The notes below the pieces were generated by a model. It did no database searches, had not been told where the DNA came from, and saw only the letters and a list, made by a program, of their open reading frames with translations. Of a stretch of DNA of 51,027 nt, positions 13,564 to 25,405 are shown in pieces. The first letter of the stretch is position 1, and each line of letters starts with the position of its first letter. The stretch is taken from positions 1 to 51,027 of the forward strand of contig JAHLWZ010000617.1 of the NCBI GenBank assembly GCA_020536535.1, given 5' to 3'. The position numbers were made by a program, and so were the translations under genes. This stretch comes from Pelomyxa schiedti. Its lineage: Eukaryota > Protista > Evosea.

Positions 13564-15685
13564 ATGAGTGAGGAGTGCGCTTGTGGGTTTGGGGACGTGG
13601 GGTCAGGACTGAGGGTAGGGTGCAATGACACTGATGGTGTTGATGTGAGGGGACCAACGGTGACCATCGAGTGTTGGGTGTATCTATCTGCTGAGCAAAC
13701 CACTCCGTATCCTGTGCGTGTGGCTGTGGGTGTGTGTGTTGGAATGAGTACTGTCTATGCTGTGAGAGTGATAAATAATGCATCAAGGGAAAGGGGCCTA
13801 AAATCAAGTTTCGGTGGCTTTGTGTAATACTTGGTGGAAGCTATATATTGTTGTATTGCACAGCCTAATTGGCGTTATTGAGACAGGTCTATGTGTTGAA
13901 GAGTACAGAATCTCGAGACTGTGGGTTTGGATTATTGGGTAAATCAGGTAGGAAGAGCCTCTATGACAATTAATTCTTGCTCTCATTTCTTCTTTCTAGC
14001 TACCGGCATTTGTCTTTGTATTAATCGGTTTACGGACGAGGCACTAGCATCAGAAGCTATACTCCCTGTTGTATGTATAATATCTCAGGAATAACTGTTA
14101 TTATAACCTAATATAGGGAGAGTGGCATCACGTTTGCGGGGTTTTTGATAGAGGACAAATAACAATGTGAATCATGGTATCAGCATTTCCACTGCCGTTA
14201 AATGTGTGCAGGTATGTAGACGGAAAGCAAATATCTCAAGTTCGCAGACCGATGAATTTGCTACCTGCTTCTAGCCCTCTTGAAATTGGTAGCACTGAGT
14301 GGCGTATTGGTAAACGGGGCTTTGTTGGGTGTGTCAAGCATCTAAGGCTATGGCGTTGTGCTCGAACTTTACCCCAAGTTTTCTCCTTCCTCTCTTTGCC
14401 TTTATCCTTCTGAAGAATTGATTAGATTACATCCAGTATGAGCATGCATTTTCCAACTGACCAGTTAGAACTGGTTCTGTATCTTCCGTTAATTTCATCA
14501 GCGCGAGGAAATTCTCTTTCCCGTGACTTGGGGCCACGTGGCCTCTCTGTAACCCCAGTGGGGAATCCTCTGATGGGACGCTATACTTCCGCCGGTTTTG
14601 TCGGTTGTGGAGTTGTAAGTACCACATGTCTTGTTACTGGGAAGGCCATGAGCCTTGTCAACAATGCTTGTGGTCTTGTTATACGCAACTGTTCTGCCAT
14701 TTGTCCTTCGGGGTCATTCACCCTAGAATGTTGGTTGAATTTGAGAGACTACACTGCCTATCCAGTAATCTTCATATTTTAACAGCAATCAACACTAAAC
14801 TGTTGGCAGGTCTATATTTCCAAGACAACAGAAGATTGGAATTTAGGGTATGGCTTGATTGGGAAGTCAAGTTTGTGTATACTTTTTTTTGAACCTACTT
14901 AATGGTTCTATAGATGCAGGGGTAACTTTTTTTGTCAATAATTGGACGCACACTATTGACAAAGATGCACCACTTGTGAAAGTTGTATTCTTGATAAAAC
15001 TTACAACTCATATATGAATATATTGTAGAACGTGTGGCATCACCTATGTGGTGTGTACGATAGTTCAGCAGAGCAGTTGTCCTTGTAAGTTCAATTGGCT
15101 TCGTAGTTGTTACCAACTACAATCAACAGTTACATTAACGGCCGCCTTGCATGGAAAGCTGCCGAGAATTTACCAACTCCATGTTCAGATGACTTAAGGA
15201 TAGGCAACACCATGTGGAGTGTAGTCTCCTCAGTGAAGTATGGGTTCTGTGGTTATATGCGCGACGTCAGGCTGTGGTCCTGTCCAAGGAGTCAAGAACA
15301 GGTAATATACCTAATAATTGAAGAATTACCAAAATATCCAAGGTTGCTGCTTCAATGCATAGACTGTTTCCATCCGATCGCAAAAATCTTGAGCTTTGGT
15401 TACCTTTGGGAAGCAATGGATTTTCCACAGCAAGTCCGGAGTTCTTCAAAGACCGCGGACCAAATGCTCTCTCTGTTGAGATGGTGGGTGGCCCTCTTTG
15501 CTTCACTACTGTTGTACCATTTACTGGAGGTAATCAGATTCCATTTAAATGCCTCTAACTCTTCAAAAGTTGAGTGGGCAATTGCTCGGCTCCTTTTTAT
15601 TGGAAAATTTAAAAATGCTGATGAAGACTGTCCCCTCAAGCACTTACCCCTCAACGTTATACATCTAATTATGAGTTTTCTTTAA
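13564..15685 (+). CDS. Protein with two concanavalin A-like/LamG domains and a C-terminal F-box/PRANC-like helix
   Basis: Twice: T(I/L)ECW, WHH(V/L)CGV(F/Y)D, Y(V/I)(D/N)G, GF.G....RLW...R; ends LKHLPLNVIHLIMSFL. Confidence 0.8.
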
Positions 15686-15711
15686 AAAGAATAGGTTCCT
15701 CAAAAAACCCG

Positions 15712-18058
15712 TCAATGTTTATTCCAGAGCTTTAACATTGTGTTGTATCTATTGAGTTGCTCCTGAGTGAGCTTGCCATTTTCTTCCAAGTCTTGAAGTT
15801 CTGTGTGCAGTTTGACAATACTGTGGGGCACATAGTTACTGTCTGAGAATGGGAATACAAGTTTATTTCTGGTTGTTGTAACTGGATCATGGCAAACAAG
15901 AGGTTGCCTAACGTGGTTGATTGGGTCTATAACCGGATTCCTACATGAATCCCCCCTATTTCATGATGAGTACAAATTTCTGATCCCAGTATTATCGTAA
16001 TCAGTATAGTAACTTCCTCTGGCTTACTTGCAATTGGCAATTGCTTCAACAGTGGCTGAAAGAGTATTAATGGTCTCTTCATCCAGTTTTTCAAATGTGT
16101 TCTCCATTTCCCAGGGATCTGTGTCGATGTCATAAAACTCTGTTTCCCCCGTGCACCTACAATACAACTCAAAGTTAGTGTCAAATTATAAGCATTAAAT
16201 AATTCCGTAAACCATTCAGCGTAGAGCCAGTTTTTATTCTGGAAGATTCCCGTACCGTTAATAACTCTCAGTGCCTATTACTTGTGGGTGTATTTTGATA
16301 CTCTACATGAACTGTGTACCTGAAACGTGTTGGGATAATAGTGGCCATCAATGGTTCCCGTATAGGAGTCATCAAAGTTGCTGATAAAAGTTTAGAGACG
16401 GAAAACTTATTTAAATACCTTGAACCACTATACATCTCCACAACTCCTCCATAGGGTCGTAGTGATAACCTCTCATCCCTGTCAACATATATTAATCCTC
16501 TCTAGTTTAACATTGTAGGGACACACGTTTCAAAGAGAGGAACAAGGGAGACTCCATCTAAGGTTGACCACGGAATATTTTGGTCTCCAGCAAGTTCTAG
16601 CCAGGTGGCTGCCAGATCAATACTGAGGGTTACATCTTTTCGTTCTCCAACAGTGACTCCTGGACCTCTGACCATAAAAGGAATACGAGCATCAGTTTCA
16701 TATGCCTGGCGCTTTCCTCCTGGTAATCTGAATTGACCCAGGTGGAAGCCATTATCAGCTGGAAATAATGTTAGGAATTCATTGTGGTAGTGTATGCATA
16801 CACATATAGAAGAGGTAAGTTTCGTCTGCTATTCCCATCTGATCAAGTGTCACAGTTAAATTCAGAATCATCTCGTCGACTGCTTGAAGACAACGCAGTC
16901 GCTTCTTGTAAGAATTGTCCAAATCACTTATATCAGCAGAGCTCAGAAGAGGGAGGGATCGTATCCACCAAGTAGGCTGTCAATACTTAATCGTTATGCT
17001 AACTACATCGTTATTTAACCTTTTGTTCCATTACCGAGGTATCAGAGTTGAAGGAAGGAGTTCTAGGGGCTATTGCATCTGGGAACAAGCCTTGGTGTCG
17101 CTTTGCTAAGAAGGGAGTTACATTGGGCATGAAATACAAGCACAAACCAGGGGTTGCCGGTGAATGGGGAGCATGTGGATTCAAACTAAGGAAGAATGGT
17201 TTTGTTGTATCCCGTTTTTGCAAGAACTGCACAGCTTCATCCAGGATAAGATCAGTCTGACTGGGTTTACGGAATAGACAGACTTTTTCTCATACTTGAT
17301 AGACCGACTCATCCCATTCAATTAAAACTCCGTTATTACTTTCATGCGGACCATCATAATTCAAGTCTGTATAACTGAACAATATTATACATAAGCCAAA
17401 GCACAAGATGAAGTTACCCATGCCAATCGGACCACCTACAGAAGAAAGTAAAGTAAGTACAAAATTTTGTAAGTTTGAGTTACACACCCAACTGGTACAT
17501 GAGCTACGTTGGAGTCTCCATACCCATTGAGATATTTTCCAATTAAGCAGGTCTCGTACCCCAAGCTTTGAAGCCTAACTGCAACAGTTTTATCTTCAAT
17601 AGTCTTGAATTTCTTGAATCCACCACTAAGATAAGTGCTGTTGTTGAGGTCTCCATTGTCGTATATCTTTTTCCGTAAATGTATTGTATGTAAGTCCCGA
17701 ATAGAATTTCACCTCGGTGTTATGGCAGTACTGCCCCATCAGAATGATAGCTCTATTTGGACAACACAAAGCCGTGGTAGCGAAGTGATTAACAAAATTA
17801 GCTCCTGATAATGAGTAAACACCGTAAAGGTTAAATCATACAGTACTCATTTAACTCATTCCCAAAATGTAACATGGACCTACCCTCTTGTATCATCAAC
17901 TGCTGGACATTAGGCATGTAATCCACGCTGTTGAGAACGAGGTCTTGATCATCAGTAAGAACAAAGATAATGTTTGGCTGTTTGCAGTATCCAACAGACC
18001 ACAGTCCCCCTATCAAAACCACCAACACCACAACCCTGACCACCGCTAAGTACAGCAT
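15712..18058 (-). CDS. Secreted Cys-type sulfatase (N-acetylglucosamine-6-sulfatase/Sulf-like)
   Basis: Signal peptide; PNIIFVLTDDQD, LCCPNR (CxPxR, 17752-17766), GYETCLIGKYLN, KPFFL..PHAPHSP, DNGFHLGQF, YETDARIPF. Confidence 0.93.
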
Positions 18059-18224
18059 TTTGTTTTGTGTATCTTTTCGTTTTTTCCTTCTTCCAAGGTG
18101 TTTTCTTGTGATTTTGACCGATCGTTTCATCAATGCAAGACAGAAATGGATTTGGAATTTTCTTCTCTAGTTTCCATGGTAACAACAAACGTTGGCAAGA
18201 TAGATCCGTGATAGGGTATGGAAC

Positions 18225-20175
18225 TCAATGGACATATATTTCGTTCATGCGTTGCATAACAAGGTCCAGCATGTCTTGGGGTGGTGAGATAGAACAAAAG
18301 GAAAGAAATGGGTTACAGTTGGTATCCTCAAGCCAACTGGAAGAAAGCAATCCAATGGCAGCACCATTCATTTCAATGACATCTTGTACCAGTATTAGAA
18401 TTTTGTGGATAAGATGGCATGGGTACAGTCTTGTCCATCTGTGCCGTGAAGGGCATCAACAGCAAGCCAATCCATTCCACCAAAGCACTTGGCACACTCA
18501 TCAACCCACAGTTTGTATTCAGGCGTCAGTGGCTGGCATTAAACAGTATGTTGAGAAGATAACAAAAGGTGAAAGGACATTGTACCACTTCCTGAAGGTC
18601 TGCTCCTCCAAACTGGCTCTTCCAGCCACTTCCGGTATAAATCTTTTTCATGACTCTGTAGTGGGACCCTATTTTCTGGACCCGTATCCCATACCTTGAA
18701 AATATTTTTTACTACTCCTTCTCATCCACGAGTTACTTACTCTGCTTCGATGAAATGCTCTGCAGTGCAGTAGTCAGGATGAAGAGCAAGAACCGTAGCA
18801 ATATCTCTAAATGATAGGTTATCAGTGGAGTAGTATCAAGAAAAGAAATGTCACCGAAATTGTTCCTGAACTTCATGTGAGTACCTCAAAATAAATGAGA
18901 CATACATACCTGGGTATGAGCCTTGATTTTTCCCATTCCTCGATGGGCATGACTGACCTTCACAATACAAGGAAGGTCTGGACTGATTACCATATCTTAT
19001 TTTTTTTAGAGTGTTTTCCAATTAAAGAAAAATACCATTTCCACTTGAGTAGTAAGTTTGGGCAATAAAAGGGAATTTGTCGTGACCCAGACGCCTGGAG
19101 TGTGATGAGAAAGTTTTTGGGCATGTGTTCACTGGCACACTTTTCAATCTCACGTAATGCACCATTCATGAGAGGTCTTTCTAAATTCATATACTCGGAC
19201 ACTGTTCCTTGGGTGAGACAGTAATCAAAATTTACAACACCACACAGCAGCTGTTCATGGAGGGGACATTCGCTGACATGAGGCCAAACATNNNNNNNNN
19301 NNNNNNNNNNNNNNNNNNNNNNNNNNNNNNNNNNNNNNNNNNNNNNNNNNNNNNNNNNNNNNNNNNNNNNNNNNNNNNNNNNNNNNNNNNNAGAGGTCTT
19401 TCTAAATTCATATACTCGGACACTGTTCCTTGGGTGAGACAGTAATCAAAATTTACAACACCACACAGCAGCTGTTCATGGAGGGGACATTCGCTGACAT
19501 GAGGCCAAACATTGAGTTCCTCCTGTCACACCCTGGAGTAGGTCCTCTCACCTGATTTCTAATAATAACAAAGTCTACACCCCAAAGCCAAAGTCAGTGA
19601 CTACAAAGTATCCTTATTATTACAACACAAATCTCTTCTATGCCAATCCAAACCTTCCCTATCCTTTTATTAAATTCCCATATATATACATATATTTTCA
19701 CTTAACAGGAGAAAAAAGGGGGGGAAAAAAAAAAAAAAAGAAAGAAGAAGAAAACACCCAAACCAACACAACAACAGGAACAACAACAAGAAAAAAGAAA
19801 AAAAACCAGACCAGGCATGAAAGTAGCCACAGCGGGCTTCACTACGCCGTCAGTGTCGTGCATTGGGGCGCAGCTGACCAGCGCCCCGCTGTCGCTGTAC
19901 GCGACCACCACTATGTCCATCCACGACGCCTGCACCACCCGCATCCCCCGCCCGTCGCTCAGCTTCCTGCTCGCCATTATCCCCGGCCAGTCGTGCGTCG
20001 CGTCCCCGTCGCACACCAGCACGTTCAGTCTGCCCTCCCCGCTGCTGCTCGCCGTCTTTTTTGTGGTGGAAGTAGAAGTGGGAGTGGACGTCGAAGCGGA
20101 GCAAGGGGGAGGTGCTGCTGCGGGGCCCTCGTCGTCCTCCCCTTCTAGCTTGGATAGCCCTAACCACTTGAGCAT
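18225..20175 (-). CDS. Synapsin homolog (pre-ATP-grasp + ATP-grasp C domain); interrupted by an artefactual gap
   Basis: HDWP, RVVQASW, P|DFVIIRN, GLMSANVPSMNS, PCIVKVSHAHRGMGKIK, TAEHFIEA, RIQKIGSHYR, GWKSQFG, YKLWVDECAKCFGGMDWLAVDALHGTDG are co-linear with synapsin domain C. Confidence 0.9.
19171..19512. other. Scaffold gap 19292-19391 flanked by an exact 121-bp duplication (uncollapsed contig overlap)
   Basis: 19171-19291 is identical to 19392-19512; collapsing them restores the synapsin gene. Confidence 0.9.
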
Positions 20176-20341
20176 TTTATGTTTTTTTTATTTGTGAACG
20201 GCTGTCGTTTGTGGAGGTTTTTTTGTGTTTTTGAAATTCCGTGAAGGGTATTCCTTTCCTTTTGATTGGGACTTTGTGGCATCCACGGGGCAGAAAAGGT
20301 CCCTGTTAAGGGAAAATTCTGTACCACATCTGGACCAGACA

Positions 20342-20430
20342 CGTTCTACCGTATCGTGGTCTTTCCAGCGTCTGAGGAGCATCACATGGCAAGATCCAAA
20401 GACCCAAAAAATTAAAAGTGTGAGTCCCAA
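20342..20430 (+). repeat. Dispersed repeat family B, copy 1
   Basis: cgttctaccgtatcgtggtctttccagcgtctgagg…cacatggca…gtgtgagtcccaa aligns to the reverse complement of 25052-25136. Confidence 0.75.
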
Positions 20431-20515
20431 TCTTCAATAGTGCGAACTTATTTTGTCGCCTTTCTCATTTGCTGCGGGATCGAACCCAATACTCTCCCAT
20501 TTGGGAGTGCGTTCT

Positions 20516-21636
20516 TTACCATTGGAGCTGTGTGGAAGGGAGTCTGGTGAGAAAATAGGTATGAATGCAGGATAGCATACTGTGTAAAGCAGGTGACAAG
20601 TGCACATGAGCAGCCTGGGCACACTTCCTGTATGGATTCGTTCTCCACGGCTTCAATGTGTTGGAATATTTTCATTTTCGTGTTGCACCAGGGGCACGAG
20701 TGGTATGAATCTATCTTGTTGACCCAGTAATAAGGAGCTGGTGTAAGTTGGAGTCTTGGCCTCCTTTTGGAAATAAATAGAGTCTTGGCTACGCCTCTCT
20801 GAGAGGAGTATGAGCTGCGGAAAGTAGTAGAAGGTAGAGTACCTTCTGTATCTTCCAAATTCCGGGCCTAGCGGTTGAAATAAGATTCAACCACTGCTGG
20901 TACCAGTAAAACTCTGGGGGATTCGGGGGATCAGTGTATGTAGCTGGCTCGGCTTTGGTGTGTATTTGTCTTAGTGTTTCAACACGAGAAACCCAGAACC
21001 GATTCCGTTGTGCCACTCGTCTCCAAACAGCACATACCTGTTAAATATGTTAATTTCAAACCGAATCAATCCCGTCTCAACAACGCACCCTCAGCATATG
21101 TCCAACAGTGAGAGTATCCAACTGCGGGAGTATTTCATCTGCCAAAATAGTTATGCTGATCACAAAGTCGTCATTATCAAGCAGCTTGCTGGCAATCACC
21201 TCAAACTCTTCTGAAGACAATTCCACGATAGTTTCAACTGGGTCCGCACTGCTTACACAAGTGGACGCTTCCGGCTTAACAGCAGCTTCACCCTCATTTC
21301 TTACTTCACTTTGCTCATGTCTGCTGATCAACCTTTGTATATCCTGTATTACTTTTTAAGTGGAGCCAATAAGACAAAGAGAAAGAGAAGAAAATGAATT
21401 CAAATAGAAAGGAGAAGCATAAAGTCATCCCGTACCAACATCCATGGGAAGTACACAACAAAAGGTCGTCCGTCGATCACCACTGGTGATTGGGCAGCGC
21501 TGCTGGACATGAACCGAGAAGTGGAATACAACAGTACCCAACACGTTGAGTGAGTCTCACCAGTTTCAAACCTCACATATTCACTTGCTCCAATCCTAAA
21601 ATGCCTCACATTCACCGCCGCACGACCACCAGACAT
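20516..21636 (-). CDS. Hypothetical protein with C-terminal CxxC…CxxC zinc ribbon
   Basis: MSGGRAAVNVRHFRIG start, intron-joined ORFs, CPWC-x18-CPGC; 3' end at 20516 if the last intron is spliced, otherwise 20448. Confidence 0.55.
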
Positions 21637-21692
21637 AATTCTATTCCTACTATGTGGGAGACACTCACCACGAGGAAGGCTCAAACGCCAAC

Positions 21693-21778
21693 TGGCTGAA
21701 AATAAAAAACACCAGACCGCCGATCCTGGGCAAGGATACCAAAATGCCTTCCGGTCCGTTGATTATTTTATTCAGCCA
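21693..21778. mobile_element. MITE-like foldback element family A, copy 1 (86 bp)
   Basis: TGGCTGAAAATAAAA…TTTTATTCAGCCA terminal inverted repeats; flanks AC/AC; homologous to 47929-48019. Confidence 0.65.
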
Positions 21779-22009
21779 ACTAAGGACGAGAAAGGAGAAG
21801 CGGTTTCGCGGAAAACGTCTAGAGGGACTGTGAGAAATGAATTCGGTTCGGTCAGTGTTCTCAGCTCACAAGCCTAGCCTTCAGCTTGGGACAGCTAGCT
21901 ATGGACCGGTGTAAAAAGTCATAGCCAAGTGATTAGAGTCTTTTTTTTTTTTTAGTCCAACAAAAGTTCGGCTGCCACCCAAGAGTGTGTGCCATAGCTT
22001 CTGGTGTTT

Positions 22010-23969
22010 TTAACTGTTCTTGGAACTACGGCTAGTTTTTCGCTGGCCAAAAATCCAGCTAGGCTTAGCTGAGGGAGCACTGCTGGCTGCAAACCTTGGT
22101 TCTAGGGTGAGAGAGGTTTGGTAAAGGTCGTTGTCATCATAGGGCCCGGAAAGTAGCGCCTTCAGTACGAGTTCCCTGTTCTCGGGGCTGCATATCCCAG
22201 GGGGTGGAGTGTGATGCTGTGATGCTATCTGGAACGCTTGTACCTCCATGAAAACGCTGGCAAAGAGTTTTTGCTTGCTGAAATTGATAAGGTCGTCAAC
22301 GAGGGTTTTGTTACCTTCCTCAATAAACGTGAGGTCAGTGAGATATAATCCTGTTTTCCAGCGCCCACACAACTGGTTACTCTGGGCTTTTTAGTCGGAA
22401 GTGATACCGATATATGGAATCACAGGTGACCCTGAAGTGCGCATCGCTTGCCGTAATTTTCTGTAGTTATAGAGACAGTCTGTGCCTTTTTTAAGGCTTT
22501 CCAATTTCTTTGATGCAGTCACAGAAACCTGTTTTGTTGTTGGTTGATGTAAGGCTTTGTATGGGACAAATATCATACTTTTTCCCAGGTGTGCTTCAAC
22601 CGAGAGACGGAAGAACTATTTAATCCAATCAGTACAGCCAGACAGGATTGGAAATCACGTATATCCCAAAGGGTCTGTGTAAGATCAATGACTGATTCTA
22701 CAGCTGTCACTCTTTGAGAGACATCGGACTTCGAAAGTATATAGGCAGCAACCCAGGAGGAAAGCTGAATGTATGTCACTAATGGTCAAGAGCAAGGCAC
22801 AGCCTTACCACATTAAAAACTCGCAGCAGAGCTATAATATTGGGAGAGTTTTTGTCTCTATTCCGTCTGTAATGTTCGAGGTGTATCATTTCCATTGGGC
22901 GAAGCTGTCGAAATAGGTCACATTGTAGGCACATTATGTGCCAGGCACACTCCGTTGGTGTCATATTATCTAGAAGTGGTATGTAGCAATTTTCCCCAGG
23001 TGAATAGTAAAATATATGTGCAGCAGATATTTCGGGGAATACACTCAGGGGGGGAATCTTGAACCTAATTCACAAGAATGTCGGTATAAGGAGAGAAAGG
23101 ATTTTCCAAACAATTGTGCATAAATGGAGCTGGCAAAAGAATTCCACTGAGGGTGTCTTCGAGGTATCTGAACAAACTTCTTCATCTCCATGTAAAACTC
23201 TGAGAAGTGGCTAGAGCATTCAGCATAACACCTCATCCATAGGCAAACACCCTTCACAAAATCTGGTGGAAGGAGAAACAGAGCATTACCAGACAGAAGT
23301 GCGCGCTTGTGGAAAGAAAACATGAGGGATGTGGCACGATCCCTCCATTTCAGCTGTTCTAAGAGTACATTTGGGTCCTCTTTACCAATGTCAGTATATA
23401 ATTGATGAGGTTATGATTCGTGTGGCTGCACCAATAATGAAGTCAGTTGGCACTAAAGACACCCAAGTTTGAATGGCATGCAGGATTCTAATTCCAAGGT
23501 ATGACTATGAGTCAATGGTGAATATGTACCTTGTTTGTTCATCTTGAGCTGTGACGGTGTGCAAGATGTCTCGCTCAATAAAACTTTTCATTTTTTGTTA
23601 AATACAAGGAAAAAATCATAGATAGAACCTTTTTGTCAGAGTATCAAATACGAAACGCTGTTGTGTAAATTGACTACAGGTTAAGAAGAAAGTTCTCAAA
23701 AAGGCATTTTTGTCCCGTAGTGCTTGTCTTCGTTCGTCTTTGTTGACAGTTGTTACCAATCAACACATCATTCCAATTCCAAATTCAATTGAGATAACAA
23801 GGAAACAAACTAACCCTCAATGAAGATGAGGTTAATGAGCCCCTCCAAATTGGCCAATTTCACAACTCCCTCTTCAAAGAGAACTACGGGATCCTGCACG
23901 AGGGTGGAGGGGAAAAATAATAAAGCATCAAACCAAAAAAACGCCAACCTCTTTCGTGGGCGTCGTCAT
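22010..23969 (-). CDS. Ras guanine nucleotide exchange factor (REM + CDC25 domains)
   Basis: ANLEGLI, SPNIIALLRVFN, LSSWVAAYIL, DFQSCLAVLIGLNSSSVSRLKHTW, NYRKLR, PVIPYIG|LYLTDLTFIEEGN, LINFSK, SLTLEPR. Confidence 0.95.
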
Positions 23970-24035
23970 CTCGGCAAAAAAGCCAAATGAACTTGAATGA
24001 TCGTATCGAACGGAGTTCCAACAATCAATCAAAAC

Positions 24036-24957
24036 ATGGATCAAGGAAATGAAGAGCTGTCATTGACACCCGAGCAAGTGAGCGAGTGCGCTCGAGCAGC
24101 CAAGGACGCGATTCTCAAGGTGCACCAGCGCCGCTCCAGGGCCGCGGCCCCGAGCACCCCCGGCGACGCGGGCACGGCGGCGGGCTGCCTCCCCAAGGCC
24201 ACCCTCGCGGTGCTCCTGGGCCTCGTGGACGCGTGCGCGGCGCCCGCGCTGTGCCCCGCGCCCGAGGGCGGCCCGCGGTCCGCCGACACGCGGCCGTGGC
24301 AGTACCTCGAGGCGGCGACCCGCGACGAGCACGAGGCGCCGGCCACGGGGGGGGGCGGCAGCGGGGGCAGCGGGGGCGCGGGGGCGGCGAAGAAGAAGGG
24401 GCAGGGGCAGGGGGTGGAGGAGGAGGAGGTGTTTGGGGAGGGGAGCGTGGGGCTGGTGGGGCGGGCGGCTGTGGACGTGCGGAAGGCGGGAGGGTCCGGC
24501 GACTGCTGGAGGGTGTTGGTGTACTGCCTAAATATACTCGCAGGTAGGACGAGGATCCGGGGATTGTGTGTGGGATTGGGTGATGGGAATGGATGGGATT
24601 TAATGTGGTATTTTGGGGTGGGGGTTTGCTTTGTTTGGGTGTAGGTAGGGAGTGTGGGGGGTGTGGGCTGGGATACAACTATTCAATCAGTAATTCTGGG
24701 CTTTTACAGTTTGTAATAAGCTTGGATTGCGCAAGGCGGTGGACACTGTGGGTTACAGAAGAACGCCAGGTGCTGCTGGCATGACTGTTCGCATGTTTTC
24801 TGATAATGAGTACGCAAAGGAGGCTGTGGATGCAATTTCCCGTCAGGATACTGCAGCAGGCAATGCAAGATTCGTAGTGCTCTGTGTGGCTGCCCTCATT
24901 CTTTTGCTCATCAATGTGTGGCTATTTACTTGTGATCCATTTGGAAATAGAAGATAA
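24036..24957 (+). CDS. Hypothetical tail-anchored membrane protein (2 exons; alternative ATG at 23997)
   Basis: Long GC-rich exon 1, GT-AG intron ~24545-24709, C-terminal hydrophobic FVVLCVAALILLLINVWLF then RR*. Confidence 0.55.
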
Positions 24958-25051
24958 TTGTCAACCAATCTTTGAGTATTGAAAATTTCGTAATTTTTTT
25001 TCACATGGCACCCTTACATTGTACTACTCCCTAGTTGGTGTTAATTCAAAT

Positions 25052-25136
25052 TTGGGACTCACACTGGTGTTTTTAGTATTCGGATCTGCCATGTGGTGTA
25101 CCTCAGAGGCTGGAAAGACCACGACACCGTCGAACG
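25052..25136 (-). repeat. Dispersed repeat family B, copy 2
   Basis: Reverse complement matches 20342-20430 (tcgtggtctttccagc, tctgagg, cacatggca, agtgtgagtcccaa). Confidence 0.75.
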
Positions 25137-25405
25137 AATAAAAAGAAGGTTCCTGCCTTCCCATCGCTGCTCCCAGCCTGCCCTCCATTACTACAAGATC
25201 TGAACTGTAGCGGCCCCAGTACTGGTAAAGAACAAGCGGGTTGTAGTAGAAGGAAAAAGGATCCTTACTGTCTTCGAAGATAGCCGGGTGAGTGTGTAGA
25301 AAAATTAACAACAAACACTTTCTGTGCCTCCATTGTGGGTTCGGGAGTGCCGTACAAGTGACCCAAAATCGATTAGAGCTCAAAAACTTTTTTACCACTA
25401 GCCAC

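Noticed and set aside
19171-19512. Apparent exon duplication in synapsin
   Set aside because: Exact repeat on both sides of a 100-N gap, i.e. an assembly overlap.
20465-20548. tRNA-like sequence on the - strand (AGCTCCAATGGTA … GGGTTCGATCCC)
   Set aside because: Acceptor and T stems do not pair, the anticodon arm has the wrong geometry, and it overlaps a probable CDS end. At most a decayed relic; tRNAscan-SE would settle it.
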